Assembly: GCA_013265495.1 (NCBI GenBank)
Contig: MU057701.1
Location: 124,001-188,000 of the forward strand
From: Vicugna vicugna
Lineage: Eukaryota
Length of the DNA: 64,000 nt
Direction of reading: 5' to 3'
The notes beneath the pieces are model-generated. The model was given only the letters and a program-made list of their open reading frames with translations. It was not told the origin of the DNA and did no database searches. Shown piece after piece: positions 45,136 through 56,699 of this stretch. A program made the position numbers and the translations under genes. The first letter of the stretch is position 1; the number at the start of each line of letters is the position of its first letter.

Positions 45136-47521
45136 CAAGCAATGTTGGAAATGGCTGCAGAGCAATTCCAGATTTTCTTGACTGAGGTCCAGTCAGGGGT
45201 GGAGGACACTCACCACACTCTCCTTGCTTGCTGACACATGGAGAAAGGCTCAGCACGTGTGTGGACTGACAGGGGAGGCTGTGACCAGGGGTCACCTCTC
45301 GCATCCCAACAACCTGATCCAGGCAGAGTGCTGAGAAGTTGCGCTCAGACTTGGTCTCTGAATCCCATTTTCCTGGCTGAATCCCAGGGCACCATGAAGC
45401 AAGTGGCCAGTGGGGGTGCCGTGGGAGGTGAGACTCCGGCAGTCTCAGCCCATCAGCTGGCGAGGAGGAAGGAATGCTTCCGTTTGTTCAGCACAACATC
45501 TGAAGCACCGTATGTGTGAGTTTCCATCCTGGTGGCTGGCTGAGGTGCAAAGAAAAAAAGTGGAGTGTAAATGAATTTGCCTTCACCACACTTAAATGTG
45601 ATGAGTGTCACCTTGTTTTTCTAAATCAGATGAAATCTCACTTTGAGCCCCTCAGCTTGGTGGTGGGAAATTCAATGTCCCCAAGGGCTGCTGAGAAATC
45701 CAGTGGGGAGTGGGTGCAGAGGCTCCCAGGCAGGTGGAAATCACAGCCCGACCCAGGGGAGGTGCGAGGGTCCTCAGAGAGGCAGGTGTCCAATGTCCTC
45801 AGAAATACCGCGCCAGCATCTCTCGAGGCCCCGCAAGGAACCCTGGTCCCCACGACCCCAGGAAACCACCAGTTACACTTTCTGACTCATTTTCTTCCCA
45901 GGCACGGGGGCTGTCCCCAGAGTGGGCACTCCTCCCTGACCTCTTCCAAGGACTTCCTTCCAACCTGCCCCCTCGGGAAGAGTCCATATGGCCCTTGTGC
46001 GTCCCTAGAGACACCGCGACGGCCTCTCTTTCCTGGCTTGGAGGCAGAGGAAAGAGGTGGGGAAAATAGTCAAAGTATTCTTACTAATTCACCCTGAGGA
46101 CTTACCGACAATAATTGAATTAGTCCTACTTATTATTTTGGTTATTGCTACCATTTATTTGGTATCTACTATATGCCAGCTTCTACCCCAGGCAGTCCTA
46201 CGTGATTTATTTATTTGTTCCAACCCTCAGAGCAGAGTCTGAGTTAATCATACTCTCCAGTTCGTGGTGCACAGCTGTCACTGGTCCGCGCAAGGCAGGG
46301 CTCTTGGTTTTTCATTCATTCATTCATTCACTCATTCGCTTTTTCCGCTCCCCTCCCACCGCGTGAGCAACCTTTCCCATGTGTTTAATAATGCAGCTTT
46401 TAGACATATGTGCTTCTTCAAGTGTGCACTGTTGATTTTTGCGTATGTGTTTTAATTTGAATAAATGGTACTGCCTGTTGTACGACATTCTTTTTCTCGC
46501 TTTTTCCATCAGCACTGCTTCATGGCGTTTCTGTTTTGTTCCGTGAACTTGTGGTCCATTGTTCTAACCACCGCCTAATACACCACAGTGGGCATCCACT
46601 GTCTTTTGCCTAAATCCCAGGGAGAAATCCCAGTGACAGACACCAGGAAAATGGGATTGGAAAGTCGGAGTCGTGAACTCATCTCCAAGCTCCAACCCTG
46701 ATTCCTCCAGCAACTCCGCTTGGGTCAGGTTGCCTCTGACTCCCCACCACTCACAAACAGAGATGCTAAAATACAGCCATCGGTCTCCTCTACAGATCCG
46801 TGTGGCCATTTGGGGGGGATAAACCAAAAAGTGGAATGCATGCCTCACAGGATACGTGCGCACTTAATTTGACCACACAAATCCCTAACGTCACACTGCT
46901 TCTTCTGTAAATAGTTCACTGTGTATCTGCAAAGCTAGGATTCTTTTAAAACCATGTAATGCGACTAATAGCACCCTTAAAATATTAATAATTCCTTAAT
47001 TCTTTCACATACCTAGATCAATGTTCAGATTTTCCCAAGTATTATTTAAAACAGGCGTAAGTATCTGTGTTTCTCCGTTTATTAAGCACCATACTGTATC
47101 CTCATGCTGCAGATGGTTTTCGGGTCCCTCACCTTTCTTTTTATCTATAGGTTTCTCCATCTCATCCCCCATCACTTGCCCCATAGAGTTTCCCATCTGA
47201 CTGTATCCCCAGGGTGTCAATGAATATTATCTTCTGTTCCTTCTGTAAATAAGTTCGTGGACCCTGAGGTTTGACAGGATGCAGGTCAGATCTGTTGGCA
47301 ATAACACTCCTTCAGGAGGCACGAACCATCCGGCTGTCTTTCCTTCGTGACATTGGTGGCTGATGACAGTCATGGCTCAGGTCCATTATTTTACTGGTGG
47401 CTGCAAAATGCTGGCTGTCAAATCTCACTCTTTCTTCATTGATGAGCTGAAAGACTGCTGTCCAGAGAAAACTCTCCTCATCTGCTCTCTGGTTTCTGTA
47501 CCTCAGCCATCATTTTGCAGC

Positions 47522-47572
47522 TATATATATCTATAGATCTATTTATATATATATACATATATATGTATATAT
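47522..47572. repeat. (TA)n-rich low-complexity repeat
   Basis: tatatatatctatagatctatttatatatatatacatatatatgtatatat. Confidence 0.85.
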
Positions 47573-47597
47573 TTAGATGTTCCCAGTCCCCAACGGA

Positions 47598-47895
47598 TGG
47601 ACATGTGGGTTGTTCCCACTGATAATATCCACTAGCAATGTTTTGCCAACCCTCCTGTGGGAGCTACGCTTTGGTCCTATCTTAATTTTCAAGACCAGTC
47701 TCCGCCCCGTGAATATTCATGTTGCTAATCTTTCTGGTCCCTGTGTTTGTCCTCTGCTCCAAGGGCATTAAACCAACGGATCTCAAGTCTTCCTCTAAGT
47801 GGTCTGCCCTGATTAAATGACTCAGGAATGGCCATTTCTTTGCCAGCTTTGGGAGATGCTCCAAGCAAGGCTAGAAGGCCATTCCCAGGGAGGCT
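47598..47895 (+). repeat. Copy A of a diverged ~300-bp dispersed direct duplication
   Basis: Aligns by eye to 50806-51100 through shared blocks atccactag, ttttgccaaccctcc, cctctgctcca, gggcattaaac, cttcctctaag, gtctgccctg, ctttgccagctt, ccaagcaa and gaaggccatt. Confidence 0.9.
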
Positions 47896-48359
47896 GGATG
47901 GGTTTCAAGTTCACCAGTCACAGGACAACACTGCCAGGAGCTCACGCCCCACGGCCCCCGCCCCCATATGCAGAGGGGCCTTTCCTGGAGGCCCCCTCCA
48001 GCTGTGAGTCACCAGCTCCCGAGTCCCAAACCCCATAGGAAAAATGCAAATGGATTCCGGTGAACAGGAACTCAAGCCACCCCTGTGTGGAGGAGGATGT
48101 TATAATATCAGGCTGTCGCCGAATTAACGTTATTAAACAAATGTGCAAAAATAGCAGCCATAATTACTCCTATACAGTAGCTCAATCTGGAGCTCCCCAT
48201 GCGGTTTTGTGCCCCCCTAAACACAGGGCTGTCTCTCTTCTGCTCCTGTGGGCCTTCTCCTTCCTTCTTGCCAAGATGTTGCAGAGGAAAGAGGCCCCCG
48301 GCAAGCTCCCAGAACTTCTTTGTTTCTTTGGGAAAGAAGAAAAGGGTGGGAATGAAGAT

Positions 48360-48530
48360 TTCTTCAGCACCTACTATGTGCCAAACCCTTGACACACGGA
48401 ACTCCATTTAATCCTCGGAAAAATCGAATGAAGTGCCATTATTCCCATTGGACAGATTAACAAACTGAGTCCAGGAGAGGTCACTGGGCTTGTAGATGTG
48501 AAAGCCTGGGTTTGACCAATCCCCAAACCT
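48360..48530 (-). mobile_element. MIR SINE
   Basis: gcacctactatgtgcca...attcccattggacagattaacaaactgag. Confidence 0.7.
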
Positions 48531-49513
48531 ATGCCCTTTGTCCTTTGCTTTTTGCCCTGCTCTGAATGTTCCTCTGACCAATATCCCCCCAACCTCCCCC
48601 TCCCGCTCTCTCTACAGACACCTCACATCAAAGTACCTGCCTGTGGCATGATGGCTTTTAGAGTTGGCCCTGTCCCAAGCAGGCTCTGTGTGTCCCTGAT
48701 TGTGGCCTGTCCACTGCCTCAGTTCGGCCCCGGGGCCAGGATCTCTAGTGGGAGAGCAGAGCAGGTGGGATGGAGGAGAGGTGGGGCTTGGCTCCCCGGC
48801 GAGTTGGCGTGAGGACATTGGGCCAGGGCAGGGGGATGGAGGCTCAGGAAGGGGTGGCCCAAGCCCAGATCTGGTCACCAGGCTGGCTTGTCTGGTGAGG
48901 GTGGCCGCATGGTGGCAGGGGCAGGTGCACTGCCGCACACGGGGCCCTGTCCTCACTCAGCAGCCTGGTCCTCGTTCTGACTCGACCATGTGCCTTCACC
49001 TCTCTGAGCCTCCATCTCGTCCATACGATGGAAGGAATGATGCTGCCTCTATGTTACAGGCTACAGACATAACAAAGGACTCTGCAAAGGCTGTAGGTAC
49101 AAGGTGGTCATTGGTCTGTATGCATACAGCCATCAAGGGCCTTCCCCAGAGAGCCAAGCTCGGGTTTGGAGCTGGGGGTGAAGACGGCAGTGGTCAAGCC
49201 AAGATCTTCTCCCTTTGTTCTTGCGAAGCTCACAGCTGAGCAGGGCAGTTGTGATGATGACGACAGCGACTGTTACTACCAAGCGGTCATCCTGTGCGCA
49301 CCGCCAGGGTCCCCCTTCGATGAAGGGCTTGTCCCTGCCTCTGGGAGGCCTGCAGCCAGACCCTCAGCCACCAGCGCCTTACTCTGGGAACTGCCTCACC
49401 CACGGTCATGCCCTTCCTGGGGCAGCCCACATCCATGACAGCTCCGTTTGGGACTGTAAAGGCCTGGTTATCCGGGGCCAACTCAGGAACCCCGCAGGGC
49501 CGGTCGGCCTCCA

Positions 49514-49527
49514 GCGCCCCCTAGGGG
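49514..49527 (-). promoter_or_regulatory. CTCF-like motif in a small CpG-rich patch
   Basis: Reverse complement CCCCTAGGGGGCGC, 13/14 match to CCASYAGRKGGCRS. Confidence 0.5.
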
Positions 49528-50805
49528 TCGCGCCTGCGCCGCCGCTGCGCTCACCCCCGCCCAACCCTGGGCTCAAGGACACCCCCGACCCCAACTCCTG
49601 CCAGCACGTCCGCTCTTTCTCGCCGTGCTCCCCTGGGAATCCAACCTGCATCAGGGTCTCGCTATAATTATATAATCCCTGCTAAAATCTCCCAAGGGTG
49701 CTTGCACGTGAGCCTGGCCGACAGGATTCTCAGAGCCGCAGAAACGAGCCTTAGAGGACATCTTCCCTTTTCCTCTACTCAGCGCCCCGGCTCCTCTTCT
49801 TCAGGTCAGGGAGTGGGGAAGGCGCTCAAGCTGCGACGATTAAGGTCCCTCACACCGGATGGGCTGAGGTGGGGAGTCCCCTGCCCCCAGCCCACCTCAG
49901 TGAGGGCAGCACAGTCTGCACCGACTTCACACGCCAGGCAGCTGCCTCCCTGGGCGCGCATATCAGGACGCCCCCACGTGGTGCTGACCTCCCGCTCGGC
50001 ACCCACCCGCCCCGCAGAGGCAGCTCTGGAGGTGGACAGTTAAAATTGCTGATGCTCTTTGCTGCACATAGTTCTATCTCAAGTCACTTCAATCCGCTGG
50101 TATTGCTCCGCCTTTAAGGATGACATCAAATAAATCCAGCTTTGTAGCATTGCATCTGAGGGCAGCCATTGGTCCCCATTGACTGGTCATGTCTTCTCCG
50201 GGTAAACTATGTCCACGTCCCCTTCCCAATCTAGAGGTGCTGTGACTCTGGGATATTTCATCATCCTGGTCACTGCCCCCTGTACACCCTCCAGATGGCA
50301 ATGTCTCTTTTGAATGTCATGTTCAGAATTGATTCAAAACTCCAGTGCTAACTGCTGGAGACCACCATTTCCCTCAATGTGTGTGCGTCGTGCGTTTGTC
50401 TGTTTGGTTTGTTAAGAAAATGACATAAGCTTGTAACCTAAGTTGAGTTCCAGGCCTTAAGTTGGTCTTTACCAGCCTGTACCTGGAATATTGGTTTTTT
50501 GGAGTTGAAAGTCTGCACTTGGCTTTTACCCCATTCCTTTATCAAATTGTGCACTTGTCCATTCAACCTAGAACGTGCACCCACAAAGAAACATTTTTTT
50601 TTCAAATCTTGAATGTTTTCCCCATTTTACAAAGAAAAAAGCTAACAACTCTGCCCTCTTATGGCCAATTTATTGATTTCCTTCTCTTTACAACATTGCC
50701 TTGGGGTGGAGTGGAGCCAGCTAACTCCCTTAGTGGCTTTGACACTAACTGACATGCATTTGCTTCTAAATAACACGTCTGCTTGCACGAAGGCAGAAAA
50801 CCCTG

Positions 50806-51100
50806 TGGACCTCTGGGTTGATTCCAACAAAAACATCCACTAGGAACATTTTGCCAACCCTCCCACATTTTCGTTTTCGTATCTTTAATCATATCTTCAT
50901 TTTCGAGAGAGATCTCCAAACCGTGAGTATGAACATTGTTGCGCTTTCCGGCTTGCCCTCTGCTCCAAAGGGCATTAAACAAACACATCAGAAGCTTCCT
51001 CTAAGGAGTCTGCCCTGGTTAAATGGCCCAAGAACGGCCCCTGCTTTGCCAGCTTCAGAGAGACCCCAAGCAAAGCTGGAAGGCCATTTCCAGGCAGGCT
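50806..51100 (+). repeat. Copy B of a diverged ~300-bp dispersed direct duplication
   Basis: Same ordered blocks as 47598-47895, offset by about 3.2 kb. Confidence 0.9.
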
Positions 51101-52638
51101 TAATAGCAGTAGTCCGACAGATGTTGTGTTTCCCCTAAAACCACCCAGGAGTTCCCTGCAGTACTCTGGGCACTGCAGGACACAGTTTGGAAACTGTGGT
51201 CCTAAGCCAGCAAGTTGGTGATTTGATGCCCCATCACCCTTGAATTCTTGTGTATTTCCTGCAGGGCCCTTCCCAGCCCAGTGCAGTCAGCACGATAGGG
51301 AATAAACAGTGATGCCGTGGAGGTCAGTATAAAGGACCACAGTGGACAAAAGAAGGGAAATGTCAGGCGAGGTACTGGGACTCTCTGCAAAGGTGAAGGG
51401 GGAATGGGAGCTTCCTGGTGGGAGGGGGCATTCTGCGCCACACCTCCCAGGGTGGGGGAGCTCCATGTGCCTGGGAACTGTGAGTTCGCTGAGGCTGGAG
51501 CACAGAGAGTGGAGACCTAGGTTGGGGCGAGACACTAAAGAATTTTGAGGAACTCACACGCATCCCCTTAATGATGTCAAAAGAGACCTGTCCAAATGCA
51601 GATCTGAGAACCCAAATGAAGCAACATCGCGAGGTCAGCCCTCAGGACGCACAACATCTCGGTTTTCTGGACTCTCTGAAATCAGATGGCTTGTGTTTCT
51701 AGGCTCCACCATGCTCTCCCTTCCTCGCCTCACAAAAAGGTAATCAGCATCACTCTATGCGTTGTCATGGAGATTAAATGAAGACACCTGTAAAGGGTTC
51801 TTAGCCAGGGCCCCGCACAGAATAAAATCAATGTTAGCTAATGTCATCACACCTCTTGAAAGATCTGTGTCCCTAATGAAGGAGTCACTTTCATCAGAGG
51901 CCAGTCTAAGGACCGACAATTTGTTCAATCAGCAAATTCTAAGAAATAGAATGCCAGCCTGGGCTCCAGGAGCTTGGATGGAGACTGGGAAGGGGCAGGG
52001 TGGGCTCTCCGGCTGCAGGGTGGGGAGCTAAGGGGAAGAAAGTTTCCAGAAGGGAGGCTGGCATCCAGAACCCAGCAGAGTGGTCAACAGTTTTGAGTCA
52101 AGAGGCTGGTCTGAGAGGCAGAGACTAAAGAGAGGCCATGGGTGGACCAAGAGGGATCAGATGGGCTGGATGGTGTGGGTGGAGTTGGGAGAGGCTGGAG
52201 GGCGTGGGGTGGGAGGAGGAAGGGACAGAATGAGGCAGAATAAGGTGTCTCCATTCACTCTGAGCGCAGACGACCTTTCTGTTGATTCCTGGTGTCCTCA
52301 ACGGGGAATAGGAAGGACTCACATCCTGAGGTTCAGACTCAGGGGGACCCACCCCTGGGGAGCCTGGGGAGAGGAGAAAGCATCCCCAGCCTGATCTCAG
52401 CTCCCAGGAAGTCTGCTGGCCTGTACCAACACGGAGGGAAAGCCATGCCTATGGTATTTCTTAGTTGCAATCACTGGCACACACTCCTTCTAAGAGAAAG
52501 GGCTTTCCTTTGGGACAGCAGACCAAAGATGATTGAAATTTATTTCTTTAAAAGATGAAGCACCAAAATGCATCACCACTGTTCAAACGCATTTACCTGG
52601 ACAGAAAATTTTCAGCAGGAAAAAAAAAAGATTGCTGC

Positions 52639-52658
52639 CACACACACACACACACACA
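52639..52658. repeat. (CA)10 microsatellite
   Basis: Directly visible CA run. Confidence 0.95.
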
Positions 52659-53229
52659 CCCAAATGCCAAGCTTCCAAAGGCAGAACAGGTGTTTCCCGC
52701 TGGGAGAACGCTGCAATCAGGAGGCTGATAATTAAGCTGCAAATATGCATGGAGACACTTCTTTGGCCAGAGAACATTGCAGGTTGCTCTGAAATCCCAT
52801 CATCCAAACCAGAAAAGAAGAAAAACATGGAGAATCTAGCAATTACCTCCAAAAGCTTTCACCACCAATGGACTCTGAGAATGAGGAAGAGGGCAGGGAA
52901 GGACTGGACAGAGAGAGAGGCCGGGGCAGGGCATGGCTGGGCATCAGATGCGAGCCCGGTGTCTGAGGCAGCGTCAGAGGAGGCTGAGAACAGGGGTAAG
53001 GGCTGAAGGCTTTCCTATCTGGGGCTCCCAACCCTCCACCTGGGAACGCAGCACTCACCTTCTCGAAGACAAGTCTTTCTGTCTTTGAGAATGAATTTCT
53101 TGACAGTGGGATCCAGTTGTATGAACTCACAAACCATGGCTTTAAGTCTCTTGCCTTAATAGAGGCACATCTGTAATTAACATGGGGGCCCGTTTAGGGA
53201 AAGGAGTGCTCCGCACCACGACCCAGCTG

Positions 53230-53243
53230 GTTGCCATGGAAAC
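53230..53243. promoter_or_regulatory. RFX X-box motif
   Basis: GTTGCCATGGAAAC fits the canonical X-box GTTGCCATGGNAAC. Confidence 0.45.
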
Positions 53244-55824
53244 GTGCAGTGCACAGATGTGGGTTCTGGCAGGTTCTGGCATATTCTGGGGTACAGCATA
53301 ACTACCCTGCTGTTCTGCAGCAGCCATCTTGGTGCTGTGGATACTCTGACTGTGGCTGAGAACCAGACCGCTTCCACATTCAGATACTGTCCACTAACAA
53401 GTGATCTGTCAACAGGTAATGGAAAAGCTAGACACCGAGGAAGTAAATACAAATTTGAACAAAGCTGAGCCTAAAGGGGGCAGCTGATCTAATGGGCTCA
53501 GATCGGGGAAGGCTTCCCTGGGGAAGTGGCATTTAAGCCTAGCCCTGATGAATAAGAGTTCCCGGGAAAGACCTCAGGCAGATGTTTCCAAGCTGGGACT
53601 GACACGTGCAAAGGCTCTGAGGTAGGTTTGAGAACCTGAGGGAAGCCCAGGACAGCAAGCTGGAGGGTGGAGGGACATCAGAGATGGAGGTTAGGGTTGG
53701 AGGAAGGGTCCAGATTATAAAAATTGGGCACACTACTTGGTATTTTTGGAGAGGAAAAAAGCATCTTACCGAACCATTTTCCGTAAAAATGATCAAGTCA
53801 AAACTTCTGCCCAAGCCAGACAGGTTAGTTCACAAGGGTCTGCATCTGTCCTTTTTAAACGGTATTCTAAGTTAATTGTCTATTTCTGAACACTCCGCAA
53901 GAGAACGCAGCAGAGAAAAATGCTATCACATTTTCAGCATGAATTTTCTGTTTATTCTGAATTATTCCCCAAGAAAAGGGTGGAGAATCACTCACATTTG
54001 TGAAGTATCAACCACGTGTCAGACACTGGATGGACCACTTGAGGTCCGTGGTCTCCAATCTTATTTTCAGAATGACCCATTGAAATAATGGCAATTTTCC
54101 CCATTCCACTCACAAGAAGATGGAGTATTGGAGAATCCGAACAACTTGTCCCAAACCACCTGGCTAGCAGGTGGAGGAGCCCCACGTTTGAAGTCAATTT
54201 TACCTGACTCTAACACCCATCCTCCAGGGTCACCTGTCAACTTCAACTAAGTTTTTACCAAAGGGTCACTCACTCAGCCATTGAATGGTATTTATTGAGT
54301 GCCTTCTGCGTGCCAGAAGCTGTTCTAGCCAGAGCCCCTGCCCTCCGGGAATTTGCCTTCCAGTGGGCAGGGCTGGGGATGGAACCCAGTAACCAACCAC
54401 CTTAGCACCCACTGGAGGTAGCTTCAGGTGCCATGAAGAAGATAAAATAAGATCAGGTGGAAGGGGGGGGGTGCCTCTCCGAGGAGGGGACATTTGGGTT
54501 GAGCCCTGTATGGTAGGGAACATTTGTGGAACCTATTGGTAATAAAGGTTTGGATTAAGTTCAGAAAATGGTGGCATAACTCTCTGAGCAAGAAACACAG
54601 TGCAGAGCCATTGTCAAGGCCTCCTGCTCGGACACAAAGGGAGAAGCCCCATCTAGTGGCAAGATCTGGCAACTGCATGGACCAAGCCCGCAGACTTGGT
54701 GCGTCCAACGTCCACAGGTATAAGAGAGAAAAGCAATTCTTTTAAAGCCCCTGCAATTCAGAGACTGTACTTGTACAGGTAGGTGCTCTCAACTCCTAAA
54801 TAAGTAAACAAACAAATAAATAACCCCTAGGTAAATAAATAGCTCCAAACTACATATGTATCTGTACATGTGTATGTATTTTTTTTGCCCTGTCTAGATA
54901 CCACTTGAAATGCTATTTTTTCTGTAAACCAACTTTGTTTGCTTAAATGCATTTCATTTAAAAGAAAAATTTTCATCAATGCCATACGGTACATGGATAT
55001 CCAATATCATGCACAAGAGAAGTAGAAATTTAGGATCAACCTGAATCCACGGAACATCAAATCTCATGGTTGATTTATGGCCAGGTACTGCTGCCTCCTG
55101 AGAGTTCTGGACACCAGGCCTTGCTCTGTTAAAGGGGCAGGTTGGCAAGTGCGGCTGGGATGTCAGAGCTGGAGGAGCAGAACTGAGGCTTGCCTTAATC
55201 AGAAGGGACAGAAGATATGGAGATGGGATATTATTTAAGGTCATGCCCCTGCTCCAGCTAACGTTGTGACATGCCCCAAGGGCTCCAAAAACACATGACT
55301 GCATGTGTGTGCTTCCCAGGGCATGGAGTCTTGATAACAAACACCGGAAATGGCCCTGGTGACCATAAACCCATCCCCTACCCCTGCCCAGGCCCTAGAA
55401 GGTTAACCAAGCACGAACCAGAAACTAGGTGCTCTTTTTCTGCACCTGGGGGAGGCAAGTGTCATCCCTTAAGGGGCACAAAAATCCTCTTTTAGTACAA
55501 CTGTTTCGTTCTTTAAAAGCAGCTTTAAAATAAATCTGAATGATATAGATGATTCTTTGGGTTCTTTTTACTGAATGTGTGCATTATGATTTGGTAGTCA
55601 AGGGGAAAATAAAGAAATTATAACCCCAGTATAATTTTTTTGAATTTAAAAATTTTTCATTTTTCAATTAATAGGCTTCATTTCTTAGAGCAGTTTTAGG
55701 TTGACAAATGTAAATTTCCAAGTAAAACTTTCAGAAAAGTTGTCAAGAGCAATTCTTCTTCAAAATTCATTTCACAACCTCATTCCTCATCAGTCTGTGG
55801 AAATAGGTATTTTTTGATCTCCAA

Positions 55825-55892
55825 TTTTGCGTTATCCGCGTTGTTGCGGTAGTCTGGGACTGAACCTCCAGCATCTCTGAGGTCTGCCTGTA
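55825..55892 (+). mobile_element. Tigger1-like 3' terminus plus TA
   Basis: ttgcggtagtctgggactgaacctccagcatctctgaggtctgcctg-TA. Confidence 0.65.
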
Positions 55893-56002
55893 TGTTCGGG
55901 ACGCGGCAGCCACTGCTTCTCCAAGTGGACTTGGAGACCCTGCCAATCAGTCGCTGTCCCTCTGGGGACTGTGAACCTCTGCTTTAAACCATTCATGAAA
56001 AT

Positions 56003-56105
56003 GTATCTACAAATCAGAAACGGACTCACAGACATAGAGAACAAACTTATGGTTACCAGGAGTTAAAGGGGATGGGGAGGGATAAATCGGGAATTCGAAA
56101 ATTGC
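56003..56105 (+). mobile_element. Cetartiodactyl-type (possibly camelid) L1 3' UTR fragment
   Basis: cagaaacggactcacagacatagagaacaaacttatggttaccag...ggggagggataaatcgggaattcgaaa. An older L1M-like tail follows to about 56260. Confidence 0.7.
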
Positions 56106-56699
56106 ACCTCTTGCGGAGTGAAGGCAATGTTAGCTATCTTGACTGTGGTGGTGGATTCACTGGTGTATACATCTACCAAAATTCATCAAATTGTGCATCT
56201 GAAATATGTGTCGTTTACTGTACAGGAACCACACCACAATAAAGGTGTTAAAAAAAGAGAAAGTAATGTTAATAACTGATATTTACATAATGTTTTACAT
56301 ATTACGAACTTAGTCTTTTCAGGTCTGTTAGAGTCAGGGAACCAGAGTCTGTTAATTTTTTTAATGTTATTCTAAAGCAACAGCGTTGATGTATGTTTAT
56401 CAAGTACTAATTCTGAGCTCATAGTATCTGCAATTGTTTATTTTGAATATAATCATCACTCCAACACACATGTATTCTTAATGGCTACACGCATAGAATA
56501 AAAAAATTTTATGAAAATAGGACCTATGTTCCCAAGGGGCCTCAAACAGGGGCTCCCTTCACACCTTTAGGACTTGTTTTTTAGTTTGATTGACAGTCGC
56601 CTTTTTAAACTCAGGGTTTGTGGCTCCAGAATTTCAGATCAAGCAACTGCTTTGGATACATGGGACTTAAAGAGCTTCCCTCCTCAAAGTACGTCCATC

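Noticed and set aside
45516..46097. 193-aa ORF and similar 150-200 aa ORFs (6035-6637, 9418-9957, 13727-14245, 48700-49239)
   Set aside because: Mostly non-ATG starts, composition typical of non-coding GC-rich DNA, no homology I recognise and no supporting exon structure.
49965..49990. RE1/NRSE-like GTGGTGCTGA (also 25922-25931 and 763-770)
   Set aside because: Half-site only; the GGACAG/CTGTCC half is missing.
54800..56560. AT-rich block possibly from an old hAT/Tip100-type DNA transposon
   Set aside because: I could not identify terminal repeats or a family with confidence; it needs RepeatMasker.
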